DNA of 64,000 nucleotides from Planctomycetia bacterium (lineage in GTDB: Bacteria; Planctomycetota; Planctomycetia; Pirellulales; Thermoguttaceae). Numbering within the stretch: the first letter of the stretch is position 1; every line of letters begins with the position of its first letter. The position numbers and the translations under genes were made by a program. The notes under the pieces are model-generated. The model saw only the letters and a list, made by a program, of their open reading frames with translations, made no database searches and was not told the origin of the DNA. The stretch is from the NCBI GenBank assembly GCA_030527015.1, contig JAUNBR010000003.1:28624-92623 (forward strand). Direction: 5' to 3'. Below are positions 7,946 through 17,268 of this stretch, piece by piece.

Positions 7946-9382
7946 ATGAATCTGTCTGCACTTCCTGATTTACCTCATATCGACTCAATTAATTTAACTT
8001 ATGACGCAGTCCACGGATACATTCCTTTTACCTCGAATGAAGGACTTCAGCCGGGCGAAACCTCTGAACGGATGTTAATTGACCATCCATGGGTACAGCG
8101 ATTACGTCAGATTCATCAGTTACAGACAGCTTGGTGGGTCTTTCCCACGGCCGAACATACTCGTTTTCAGCACGTCTTGGGTGTCATGCACCTGGCCTCT
8201 AAAGCCGTGGAAACCCTTTACGAAAGTTTACGGGAAGCTCTGCCCGACGAGAATGTGCCCAGCCGTGGTTATGTGGAAGCATTAATGCGCATTTCCGCTT
8301 TATTACATGATGTCGGACACGGTCCTTTCGGCCATTTTTTTGACCAGCATTTTTTGGCAAATTATGATTTAAACCATGAAAAATTAGGCGGGATCATTAT
8401 TCAGCAAGAACTGGGAGACATGATCCGTGGCATCCGGCGTACCGTTCGACATTCTTTGGCCACCGATGAAACGCTCTCTCCTGAACAGGTGGCATTTTTA
8501 ATAAAAAGACCCGCTCGTGATGAACAGCAAAATTCCACTCAGCCACGGTGGCTTAAATTTCTTCGGAGTCTTTTTTGTGGTATATATACAGTCGATAATA
8601 TGGATTTTGTCCTGCGAGACGCTTTCATGTCTGGGTATTCACAAAAAAGTATTGACGTGGAGCGCTTACTGCATTATACCCGATTCACACCAGCAGGATT
8701 AACCATTCACGATAAAGGATTTTCGTCTCTGGTCCGTTTTATCATGGTTCGGGCAGAACTTTTTCAGACTATTTATTTTCATCGTACCGTCAGGGCGATC
8801 GATCTGGAACTGGAGGATCTTTTCCGAAAATCAAAAGATTTTCTTTTCCCCGGTAATCCAGTGGATAATTTACAGGAATATTTATATTTTACCGAGTGGT
8901 CTCTTTTAATGCAGGTTTCTCAGTGGAGAAAAAGTCAGGATGCACATCTGCGTGAACTTTCGGAAGCATGGAACCGGGTTTTGACGCGTCATCTCCGCTG
9001 GCGACAAGTCGCACAGTGTACATTACAGTTTTCATCCTCACAGCCGGAGGGGGCAAGCATTTTTGCCAGACCAGAAACTTTTGAACTCGCGCTGCGTAAT
9101 TTACTTCCACCTGCGATTAAAGATATTCCACTGCGTTTTGATGTGGCAAGACATGTATTTCGTCCCGGGTCCGTGGCACCTGCTGCCAGACAGAATTTTC
9201 TTTATGATTCATCCACAGAAACCATTAAAGAACTGGAAACCGAGGATCTTTTCAGAAACATTCCCCAGACATTTCGCATCTGCCGAGTTTATGCTGAAAA
9301 TGATGTATACCAGCGAGAAATCGGACGGGCCATGGATATTTTATGTTCCAGACAGGGAGCGGATGACGTGACGAATGTCTGA
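7946..9382 (+). CDS. HD-domain dNTP triphosphohydrolase (dGTPase/SAMHD1-like)
   Basis: TRFQHVLGVMHLA and LLHDVGHGPFGHFFD motifs match the SAMHD1/dGTPase-like HD family. Confidence 0.8.
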   Translation: MNLSALPDLPHIDSINLTYDAVHGYIPFTSNEGLQPGETSERMLIDHPWVQRLRQIHQLQTAWWVFPTAEHTRFQHVLGVMHLASKAVETLYESLREALPDENVPSRGYVEALMRISALLHDVGHGPFGHFFDQHFLANYDLNHEKLGGIIIQQELGDMIRGIRRTVRHSLATDETLSPEQVAFLIKRPARDEQQNSTQPRWLKFLRSLFCGIYTVDNMDFVLRDAFMSGYSQKSIDVERLLHYTRFTPAGLTIHDKGFSSLVRFIMVRAELFQTIYFHRTVRAIDLELEDLFRKSKDFLFPGNPVDNLQEYLYFTEWSLLMQVSQWRKSQDAHLRELSEAWNRVLTRHLRWRQVAQCTLQFSSSQPEGASIFARPETFELALRNLLPPAIKDIPLRFDVARHVFRPGSVAPAARQNFLYDSSTETIKELETEDLFRNIPQTFRICRVYAENDVYQREIGRAMDILCSRQGADDVTNV

Positions 9383-9504
9383 TTCATGTCTGTCATTTTT
9401 CATTTTATGTTAAGTGTCCACCTTACATCAAATTTTATATCTGAGGCATATATTTTCATTTTTCCCATCCATTTTTTGATTTCATTATCTGCTGGCCTGC
9501 AAGC

Positions 9505-9596
9505 GATATTTCGTTTTATATACGGTTCTGTACGCAGGCATTTTCAGCGAAACAAAAATGTCGAAAAAGCGGAAATTTTTTACTGCTTCTGGTATA
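9505..9596 (-). repeat. SIR105 copy lacking the CCAGTATA-side terminus
   Basis: ...ATTTCGTTTTATATACGGTTCTGTACGCAGGCATTTTCAGCGAAACAAAAATG...GCGGAAATTTTTTACTGCTTCTGGTATA. Confidence 0.65.
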
Positions 9597-9606
9597 AAAT
9601 GTAACA

Positions 9607-9713
9607 TATCCTGGTTCCACTTTAAATTTCCGTTTTCTGCGGCTCTGAAAGCACAGGTATTTTAACGAAGCTAAATGCCCGGAGAAGCGGAAATTTATAG
9701 TGTATCGGGTATT
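9607..9713 (-). repeat. SIR105 full copy
   Basis: TATCCTGGTTCCACTTTAAATTTCCGTTTTCTGCGGCTCTGAAAGCAC...GCGGAAATTTATAGTGTATCGGGTATT. Confidence 0.9.
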
Positions 9714-9744
9714 AAACCGATCTTCTGTATATTTTAGGTGTAAA

Positions 9745-11094
9745 ATGGATAATTTCTTACTTCCGATATGCTGCGCAGTCGCCGCGTTTATATTTTTGTG
9801 CATGACATTTCTTTTGTGGAAAAAATTCGGTAAAAAGCGTACCTCCTCCCCGAAAAACTCCGTCACCGATATTTACGGCCAAAATACGGAGCCTGAATCC
9901 GTACCAGACTCACGGCTCTCGATTCCCATGCACCTATTTCAGTCAGAATGGATGCAGCATGTGAACAAAAACCTTTTAGAGGATTTTGTTCAGCAGGTTT
10001 CCGCCAGCACCACCATACAATTTTTAGATTCACTGAAAAAACATCCTCCTTTCGAAACAGACCATGAAAACTGGAGGAAAATAAGTCTTTACGACTTACG
10101 TAAAAATTTGTCCGAACGTGTTTTTTCCCCCGCTTTTTTTGAAATTCTTAACGCAGGAAAACCCATTACAGATAAACAGGCCAGATTTTTGAAAAATCAT
10201 CTGAACGAATTAATGCCCCCGATTCAGATTTCATCTCCGGTAATTGTAAAAGGTGAACTAAACACCTGGGTGATTAGTCTTTTGGCCGCAGGTGGTGCTC
10301 TTTTGGGAATTCTTGGTGGCGCGTCTGTCGTAAACTTTCTAACAAAAATACCCACAGAAACCGGTATGATGATGGGAAGTGCCATAAGTACTTTTCTGAC
10401 CGTGGCTTTTTGCATCTTTCTGATTAATCGTCCCGGATTAAGAAAATGGCTTTTAACTTCCGTGGGAATGACCGCAGGTGCCGACACTCTTTTTCAGATT
10501 TTAAAAATTCCATTTCCTATTTTTATTAAAGGAAAAAGTGGGTTTTTGAAGCGAATCTTCTTTTATATCGGAGCTTTTTTCATCATTTTTTTACTTAAGC
10601 GAAAAAATGAATATCAGCTGGAATTATATCACCCACAAGTTGAGCTGACCGTCCGCCAGTGGATCATGGCCGCCGCTTCCTTAACTGTCGTGCTGATGTA
10701 CCGTGCTCAAGAAATGGAGGAAAATCCTTTTAATCCTCACCGTGACGAACATGAACTATTAAATCAGATCACACGTTTAATAACGGATTCCATACACGCT
10801 GATAATGATACCCGCAGTAAAATTTTTAACACCATCATGGGAAAATTAGCCCTGGCGGGATATGCATTTCCCTTTTCGTCGGAAACAGAAGTGGACTCTC
10901 ATTTATCAAAAGATACTCCGAAAGCAAAAATCTTTCTTTGGGATAAATCCAGAGAAATGGAATACGATTTATATGAACCGATTTTTCCTGGAGAATGGGT
11001 ACGAGAAGAATCTCCGCCGATTTATAATAATGATGGAAAAGTTATCACGCGAGGAATCGTCAGAAAATCATATCATCATGACAGAAACGAATAA
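9745..11094 (+). CDS. hypothetical multi-pass membrane protein
   Basis: Long ORF with AGGTG 4 nt upstream of the ATG at 9745. One N-terminal TM and about 4 central TM segments. No family recognised. The track start at 9700 lies inside a repeat copy. Confidence 0.6.
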   Translation: MDNFLLPICCAVAAFIFLCMTFLLWKKFGKKRTSSPKNSVTDIYGQNTEPESVPDSRLSIPMHLFQSEWMQHVNKNLLEDFVQQVSASTTIQFLDSLKKHPPFETDHENWRKISLYDLRKNLSERVFSPAFFEILNAGKPITDKQARFLKNHLNELMPPIQISSPVIVKGELNTWVISLLAAGGALLGILGGASVVNFLTKIPTETGMMMGSAISTFLTVAFCIFLINRPGLRKWLLTSVGMTAGADTLFQILKIPFPIFIKGKSGFLKRIFFYIGAFFIIFLLKRKNEYQLELYHPQVELTVRQWIMAAASLTVVLMYRAQEMEENPFNPHRDEHELLNQITRLITDSIHADNDTRSKIFNTIMGKLALAGYAFPFSSETEVDSHLSKDTPKAKIFLWDKSREMEYDLYEPIFPGEWVREESPPIYNNDGKVITRGIVRKSYHHDRNE

Positions 11095-11137
11095 AAAAAG
11101 ACACGTTTTTTCATGTTTCGAATATATATGACTCACT

Positions 11138-11247
11138 TTATGCCCGACACATTATAAAATTTTCACTTTCCCGGACATTTTACTCCGCAAAAAATGCATG
11201 CATTTAGAGCCACACAAAATGAAAATTTAAAATAGCACCAGGTAAAT
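11138..11247 (+). repeat. SIR105 full copy, diverged
   Basis: TTATGCCCGACACATTATAAAATTTTCAC...CACAAAATGAAAATTTAAAATAGCACCAGGTAAATA. Confidence 0.7.
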
Positions 11248-11389
11248 ACTCGCTGAAAATGCCAGAGGAAACAAAATTTATACCTTCTCTGATGAGGGAT
11301 ACATTTTACATATACTTTCACACCACGATAAAATTTAAAAGAATATTCACGCTTTCACTTTAAATTTTTGTTTCACACGGCCAGAAAAG

Positions 11390-11492
11390 TATATGGTTCT
11401 CGTTTAAATTTCCGTTTTGTGCGGCGCTGAAAGCAGGTACTTTCAGCGAAACAAAAATGCCGGAAAAGCGAAATTTTATCGTGTATCGGGGA
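11390..11492 (-). repeat. SIR105 full copy
   Basis: TATATGGTTCTCGTTTAAATTTCCGTTTTGTGCGGCGCTGAAAGCAGG...GCGAAATTTTATCGTGTATCGGGGA. Further fragments lie at about 11250-11389. Confidence 0.85.
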
Positions 11493-11647
11493 CAAAACAT
11501 TTTTCCGTAATGGAAATGCCTGAAAATAAAATATTTAAAAACTGCTGAATATAAAATACAGAAACCCCGTCATCCCTCATTCGGACAGCAGACAAAACAG
11601 GCGAAAAGATTACTTTTCGTGTACCAGAGTATAAAGAAGAAATACAG

Positions 11648-13663
11648 ATGAACATCAATAAAATTTTAGCGATCGACTTCGGCACGACGAATACCTATTT
11701 AACCCTGTGTCCTGTGGATCAGATGAATAAAACGCCTTTATTCTTTGATCAAAAAACACCAGGAATAGACACCGCCATTCTTTACAGTACACGCACAGAA
11801 GTTCCGCCAGATACGTTTCCGATTATCGGTCAGCATGCGACGACTGCGTATGGCCAGTGCCCGAAGGAAATGATCCGTCAGTACGGATACCGGTATGAAT
11901 CCCACTTTAAACCGGATATCGTAAACAGCGAAACAGCACGCCAGAGCACAGTGGATTTTCTGCAGTGTATGTTAAGAAATATCGAAAAGACAAATAAATT
12001 TTTCCATCTGAAAACGGAACTCCAGAATACTCCACCTTCCTGTCAGGTTATCGTCGGAATTCCCAGTGAAGCCACCGAAGAATTTCGTGCCACACTAAAA
12101 ACTCTTTTCCGACAGTCGGGTTATGGAGAAATCGAATTAATCCATGAACCGAAAGGGGCTTTATTATATGATATGGGCCAGGGTATTTATCCCATCAGCA
12201 AAATTCTTTCTGGATATCTTGTCGTGGATTTTGGCGGCGGCACCTGTGATTTCGCATTTCTGCAAAACGGGGAAGTAAAACATCACTGGGGAAATATGCA
12301 CCTGGGCGGCAGACTTTTTGATGATCTCTTTTATCAGTGGTTCTGTGACCAAAAACCAGGACGTCAGCAGTATTTGGAGGAAAATGGACATGATTTTTAT
12401 GTTCGTACCGCGCTTTGTCGGAACGCAAAAGAAGAGTTTTCAAAAATGATTAATCAAAACATTCCACTTCTTTATAATTTTAGAATCGGCGACTACGGAT
12501 TTCTAGAAAACCCAACAAAAGAGGAATTTCTTGAACGCGCACGGCATTACCGACCATCCTCTTCCTTTTTGCGTTTTCTGGAAAATGCAAAAATACCGTG
12601 CCCTGAACGATTAAATCATGAAACGGATTTAATCGCATGGTTTCGCGAGGAACTTCACCACGGATTAAACATAAAAGGAATCTCGAATAAAAATGTTCAC
12701 TTTTTATCTCTGGCGGGCGGAAGCTCTCTGTGGTTTTTTGTCAAAGAATACTGTTTAGACGCCTTTCCTTCCGCAGTACACGCGAACTGCCTGAATCCAT
12801 ACGCCGCAATTTCTGAAGGTCTCGCCATTCTCCCTGCTTTACAATTAAAATTTGAAAAAATCAGACAGGAAATCCTTCAGACAAAAACAGATTTTCTTCA
12901 AAAAGAAATCAGAGCTCACCTTCAGGCCGGATTTAAAAGTGCATGTACGGAAGCCGTGGATGAAATCACATCCTTACTTTATCATAAAAAATTCATGCCT
13001 ATTTTTGAAGATTTTCGGAAAAACGGGGGCACGATTATTTCTCTGGAACAAAAAATGGAACAAGAAATTATCGCAAATAAAGATGCACTGAAAAAAATCG
13101 TCATAACCGCCTTTACGCGATATTTTGATAATCTTTATGAAACATCTTTATATAAAATACGAAACTGGCTAAAAAATCAGGGAATCGAAATGGGAGAATC
13201 ACAGCTCCAGGGGAACCTTTCCCGTCAGGATATTCAGCTTACTCCCGTGCAGCCGGTAAACGCGACTTTTTTCATGGATGCGATAAATGGCATTATTACC
13301 GTCATTACCACGACGATCGTCGGCAGCATCTGTGGTGGAACCGGAATGGCTCTTATCACTTCTGGACCAGTCGGAATTATTATCGGAGTCGCGCTGACAC
13401 TCGGAGTGGCCCTTCCCGCTTATTTCTTATATGGGCGCGAAAAATCGACTTCCTGGATAAAAGAAAATTTCGTTATTTCCTCTCGGTTTTCAAAATGGAT
13501 TCTTTCTCAAAAAAGAATTGCATCATGCGAAGAAACCATGAAAAAACAGCTTTTTCAGAAGGTAAACGAAGAAAGCCAAAAAGAAATTCAAAATCTTGAA
13601 GTCATTCTCGAAAAACTTATAGATTCTGAAGTCCAGCAGCTTGGCGCCGCGAATATATACTGA
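11648..13663 (+). CDS. Hsp70/actin-fold ATPase with C-terminal transmembrane hairpin
   Basis: AIDFGTTNT (phosphate-1), VVDFGGGTCDF (phosphate-2) and LAGGSS (adenosine) motifs. Hydrophobic stretch ITVITTTIVGSICGG...GVALPAYFLY near the C terminus. Confidence 0.75.
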   Translation: MNINKILAIDFGTTNTYLTLCPVDQMNKTPLFFDQKTPGIDTAILYSTRTEVPPDTFPIIGQHATTAYGQCPKEMIRQYGYRYESHFKPDIVNSETARQSTVDFLQCMLRNIEKTNKFFHLKTELQNTPPSCQVIVGIPSEATEEFRATLKTLFRQSGYGEIELIHEPKGALLYDMGQGIYPISKILSGYLVVDFGGGTCDFAFLQNGEVKHHWGNMHLGGRLFDDLFYQWFCDQKPGRQQYLEENGHDFYVRTALCRNAKEEFSKMINQNIPLLYNFRIGDYGFLENPTKEEFLERARHYRPSSSFLRFLENAKIPCPERLNHETDLIAWFREELHHGLNIKGISNKNVHFLSLAGGSSLWFFVKEYCLDAFPSAVHANCLNPYAAISEGLAILPALQLKFEKIRQEILQTKTDFLQKEIRAHLQAGFKSACTEAVDEITSLLYHKKFMPIFEDFRKNGGTIISLEQKMEQEIIANKDALKKIVITAFTRYFDNLYETSLYKIRNWLKNQGIEMGESQLQGNLSRQDIQLTPVQPVNATFFMDAINGIITVITTTIVGSICGGTGMALITSGPVGIIIGVALTLGVALPAYFLYGREKSTSWIKENFVISSRFSKWILSQKRIASCEETMKKQLFQKVNEESQKEIQNLEVILEKLIDSEVQQLGAANIY

Positions 13664-13666
13664 TTT

Positions 13667-13774
13667 TATACCCGATACACTATAAAATTCCGCTTCACCA
13701 GCATTTTTTTGCTTCGCTGAAAATGCCTGCTTTCAGAACCGCACAAAACGACAATTTAAAGTGGAACCAGTATA
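13667..13774 (+). repeat. SIR105 full copy
   Basis: Near-consensus copy starting 4 nt after the stop of the Hsp70-like gene. Confidence 0.95.
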
Positions 13775-13775
13775 C

Positions 13776-13852
13776 TTTCAAATTTCGTTTTATACCAGGT
13801 ATTTTCAGTGAAGTAAAATCCGAAAAACAAAATTTATTGTGCATCAGGCATA
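13776..13852 (-). repeat. SIR105 truncated copy, head-to-head with the previous copy
   Basis: TTTCAAATTTCGTTTTATACCAGGTATTTTCAGTGAAGTAAAATCCG...AAATTTATTGTGCATCAGGCATAA. Confidence 0.6.
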
Positions 13853-13906
13853 ATACTCAGACATGTTTTAAATTTTACGACTTTCCGAAGAACCACGCTA
13901 AATTTT

Positions 13907-14008
13907 TATACTCCGATTTACAATAAATTTTCATTTCTCTGAGATTTCACGATGAATGTTTATTTACGTAACTGCGCGAAACAGAAACTTAAAGAAAAAC
14001 CAGAATAC
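13907..14008 (+). repeat. SIR105 degenerate copy
   Basis: TATACTCCGATTTACAATAAATTTTCATTTCTC...GAAACTTAAAGAAAAACCAGAATA. Confidence 0.45.
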
Positions 14009-14121
14009 ATTTCTGATGACACTATAAAAAATGCATTTTGTGCCCCAAAAAACTGAAAAGTCAAATTATATCATACGCTAAGAAAAAACGAATTACCTCC
14101 GTTTTACTTATTTATTAGTTT

Positions 14122-14228
14122 TATATCTGATACACTATAAATTTCCGCTTCCTCGGCATTTTTGTTTCACTGAAAATACCTATTTTCAGAACGCAAAAAA
14201 CGAAAATTTAAAGTGGAACCAGCATATA
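14122..14228 (+). repeat. SIR105 full copy
   Basis: TATATCTGATACACTATAAATTTCCGCTTCCTCGGCATTTTTGTTTCACTGAAAATACC...TTTAAAGTGGAACCAGCATATA. Confidence 0.9.
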
Positions 14229-14261
14229 CAGCCGGACACAGAGCATTCATACACCACGACT

Positions 14262-14339
14262 TATCCCCGACACACAATAAAATTCCGATTTTTCTGGCGT
14301 TTTTTGCTTCACTGAAAAAATTGGAGAAGCGGAAATTTA
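14262..14339. repeat. SIR105 palindromised short derivative (left arm + loop + inverted left arm)
   Basis: TTATCCCCGACACACAATAAAATTCCGATTTTTCTGGCGTTTTTTGCTTCACTGAAAAAATTGGAGAAGCGGAAATTTA. Confidence 0.6.
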
Positions 14340-14446
14340 TATACCCGATACACACTATAAATTTCCGCTTCCTCGGCATTTTGTTTCACTGAAAATACCT
14401 GTTTTCAGAACCGCAAAAAACGGAAACTTAATGCGGAATCAGTATG
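14340..14446 (+). repeat. SIR105 full copy
   Basis: TATACCCGATACACACTATAAATTTCCGCTTCCTCGGCATTTTGTTTCACTGAAAATACC...GGAAACTTAATGCGGAATCAGTATG. Confidence 0.9.
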
Positions 14447-14528
14447 TGCATCAGGGACCATTAAACGGTAATCCGAAAAAAAACGGAATTCCCAAAACTC
14501 CATATTTCAGAAAATTCAAAGATTCTAT

Positions 14529-16316
14529 TTAAATCAGCTGACGTAAATCATTTTCCAGACAGACTAATCGCGCATCCAAGTCTTCTTCTGCACCTGGCGG
14601 ACAGGAAGCGAACAAATAAAATTTAATCTTCGGCTCCGTACCGCTGGGCCGGGCGGCGACAAAATCCCCCGATTCAGAAAGATCCCAAATCACGAGTTTT
14701 CCTCGTGGTCCCTGCAGCGCAGATTTCTTTCCCGTCAAAAGATCCGTCTGCGTTCCATGCTCATAATCACGAACACGAATAATTTTCATCCCACCAAGAT
14801 TCGCAGGAGGATTCTTCTGAAAACGCTCCAAAAGTTTAGACATTTTTGTCATTCCTTCTGAACCTGTCATCACGACAGAAAACGCTTTTTCAGTATGCTT
14901 ACCGTATTTCGCGTATATTTCATCCAATTTTTCATGAACGGTCTTTCCCTCTTCTTTTGCAGCTGCCGCAAGCTGACAGAAAATAAGTGCCGCCGCCGCC
15001 GCGTCCTTATCTCGGGCATGAGAACCTATTAAAAAACCATACGATTCTTCGGCTCCGAGAAGAAAATGATCGGGGCCATTTTCTTCGATCGTCCCTCCGA
15101 TATATTTAAATCCGACAAGTAAATCAAAAATTGCCCTGACTCCATATGCCTGCGCGATTTTCCTCACCAGTGGAGTGGTTACGAGTGTCTCCACCACATA
15201 ATCCTCCTGCGAAAGTTTCCCCTGCTCTTTCCGTGTTTTTAACAGATATTCCGTCATCAGTACCGCGATCTGATTTCCTGTCAGCGTTTTCCATGAACTG
15301 CCTTTCTGTGTGGAAAGTGGTGCCGCGACTCCCAGCCGATCTGCATCAGGATCCGTCGCGAGAATAATATCCACATTCCCTTTTTCTTCCGCATACTGAA
15401 TCATGCTGTCAAAAACAGCGGGATTTTCAGGATTCGAAACGTGACCAGGCACATTCGGAAAATCACCACTCGGCTCAGCGTGAGGCCCAAAAACTTCCAC
15501 CGCTTCAAAACCCGCCTGCCGCAAAACTGGTAAGACACAGCTGGCGCCCACTCCGTGTAAGGGTGAATAAAGAACATTCAGATCCCGACTTCCAGGCAAC
15601 ATAATTTTAAGTACTGCATCAAAAAATGCTTTATCCACTTCATCCTGGCAGTACTCCACATCTCCCGCCGCGAGTGCTTCCTGAAAAGGAACTTTCTTTA
15701 CATTTTCCATGGACATCACTTTCTCAATTATCCCTGTGTCATGAGGAGAAAGTGCCTGACCGCCCGTGTTCCAGTAAACTTTTACAGCATTATCACTCGG
15801 CGGATTATGACTGGCGGTAACCATAATGCCACAATCACACTTTTTATAACGTACCATGAAGGACATCTCAGGAGTACTCCGGTATCCATCTAAAAACCAC
15901 ACCTTAAATCCATTCGCCACCATAATACCAGCGCAAAGTTCGGCAAAATGCCGCGAACGGTGACGCGTATCATACGCGATCGCGCATGAAGGCCGGTGGC
16001 CTGACTGGCGTAAGTACTCCAGCGTATAAGACGCCAGCCCCTGAGCACTTTCTCCGATCGTAACATCATTTATCATGTTCGTCCCCACGGGAAACATTTT
16101 TCCCCGGCGCCCTCCCGTTCCAAAAGGAATGACTGTCCAAAAAGCATCATCCAGTTCTTTCCATTTTTTATCATGCACCAGCTGAATAATTTCATCTGTA
16201 TACGCAGCATACTGTGGTGATGTCAGCCATAACTGAATATTCTGTAAAGCGGAAGATGTCAGCTGCTGTTCCTCGACCGCTTTTTGAAGAGCACGCAGAG
16301 CTTCAGACTTATCCAT
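14529..16316 (-). CDS. alpha-D-phosphohexomutase (phosphoglucomutase/phosphomannomutase family)
   Basis: 595 aa. Active-site TASHNP loop (GIMVTASHNPPSDN) and DPDADR metal loop. Confidence 0.9.
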   Translation of the reverse strand: MDKSEALRALQKAVEEQQLTSSALQNIQLWLTSPQYAAYTDEIIQLVHDKKWKELDDAFWTVIPFGTGGRRGKMFPVGTNMINDVTIGESAQGLASYTLEYLRQSGHRPSCAIAYDTRHRSRHFAELCAGIMVANGFKVWFLDGYRSTPEMSFMVRYKKCDCGIMVTASHNPPSDNAVKVYWNTGGQALSPHDTGIIEKVMSMENVKKVPFQEALAAGDVEYCQDEVDKAFFDAVLKIMLPGSRDLNVLYSPLHGVGASCVLPVLRQAGFEAVEVFGPHAEPSGDFPNVPGHVSNPENPAVFDSMIQYAEEKGNVDIILATDPDADRLGVAAPLSTQKGSSWKTLTGNQIAVLMTEYLLKTRKEQGKLSQEDYVVETLVTTPLVRKIAQAYGVRAIFDLLVGFKYIGGTIEENGPDHFLLGAEESYGFLIGSHARDKDAAAAALIFCQLAAAAKEEGKTVHEKLDEIYAKYGKHTEKAFSVVMTGSEGMTKMSKLLERFQKNPPANLGGMKIIRVRDYEHGTQTDLLTGKKSALQGPRGKLVIWDLSESGDFVAARPSGTEPKIKFYLFASCPPGAEEDLDARLVCLENDLRQLI

Positions 16317-16372
16317 GATTTTCTCCTAAAAAAATAAAACGATTCGGATTCCACATAATAACCGACACAAAT

Positions 16373-16479
16373 TATATTACCTGATATACTATAAATCTCC
16401 ATTTTCTCAGCATTTTTGCTTCGCTGAAAACCCGTTTTCAGAACCGGCACAAAACGGAAATTAAAGGTGAATCAGAATA
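16373..16479 (+). repeat. SIR105 full copy
   Basis: TATATTACCTGATATACTATAAATCTCCATTTTCTCAGCATTTTTGCTTCGCTGAAAA...GGAAATTAAAGGTGAATCAGAATA. Confidence 0.8.
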
Positions 16480-16565
16480 AATATAACTCGCGGCACGGTG
16501 ACTGGCATTCTTTTAAACTTCATTTTGTATCGCCAGAAAACGAAAAGTTTAAGTCAGACCGATTT

Positions 16566-16670
16566 TATATCCGATACATGATGATTTTCACTTCCCCAGC
16601 ATTTTTACTTCGCTGAAAATGCCTGCTTTCAGAGCCACACAAAACGGAAATTTAAAGGAGAACCGATATA
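16566..16670 (+). repeat. SIR105 full copy
   Basis: TATATCCGATACATGATGATTTTCACTTCCCCAGCATTTTTACTTCGCTGAAAATGCC...GGAAATTTAAAGGAGAACCGATATA. Confidence 0.9.
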
Positions 16671-16749
16671 TTATACCATATGTCTCAAGAAAATATGAGT
16701 GGGGGATGAAAAACCAAATATTTCTTAACACAAGACACTATAAATCTGT

Positions 16750-17268
16750 TTAATCCACATCCAAAATCATACCGGACTGTGGATCCAGCGCGACTCCATG
16801 AGAATGATGTGTAAGTTTTTCCAATAAAAAAAGTAACATTCCCGGGTCATAATTTGAATCATCTTCACTAAATTCCTCTGCGATTTTTAGCGGTTTTACA
16901 AAATATTCAAAATAAACCAGTTCATAACACGCAGTGAAATTTAAAATTTCCTGCCATTTTAAACGTTCAGACATATCTAGAATCGCATACAGCCCATCAT
17001 AAAATTCACGGCTCTGACGTAAAACACTCTCTCCCTGATGAAAATACACCTCCACGACCGCCTTATTCAGAGGGGAGGAAAATAAAATACGACGAAAACC
17101 ACCCTCTGCTGCCGCACCAAAAATTTTCACCTCCAGACTGGAATACGGACTATCTTTCAGCATCCCACTTATTCTTTCAGATGTGAGTCGTGAACATTTT
17201 TTTTCATTAAACATAATAAAAAATGTCTCCCGCCACTCATATTCCGGATTATTAAAAAAAGATTTCAT
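16750..17268 (-). CDS. hypothetical protein
   Basis: ORF whose ATG (17268) overlaps the TGA of the upstream LRR gene (ATGA), suggesting translational coupling. No family recognised. Confidence 0.55.
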   Translation of the reverse strand: MKSFFNNPEYEWRETFFIMFNEKKCSRLTSERISGMLKDSPYSSLEVKIFGAAAEGGFRRILFSSPLNKAVVEVYFHQGESVLRQSREFYDGLYAILDMSERLKWQEILNFTACYELVYFEYFVKPLKIAEEFSEDDSNYDPGMLLFLLEKLTHHSHGVALDPQSGMILDVD

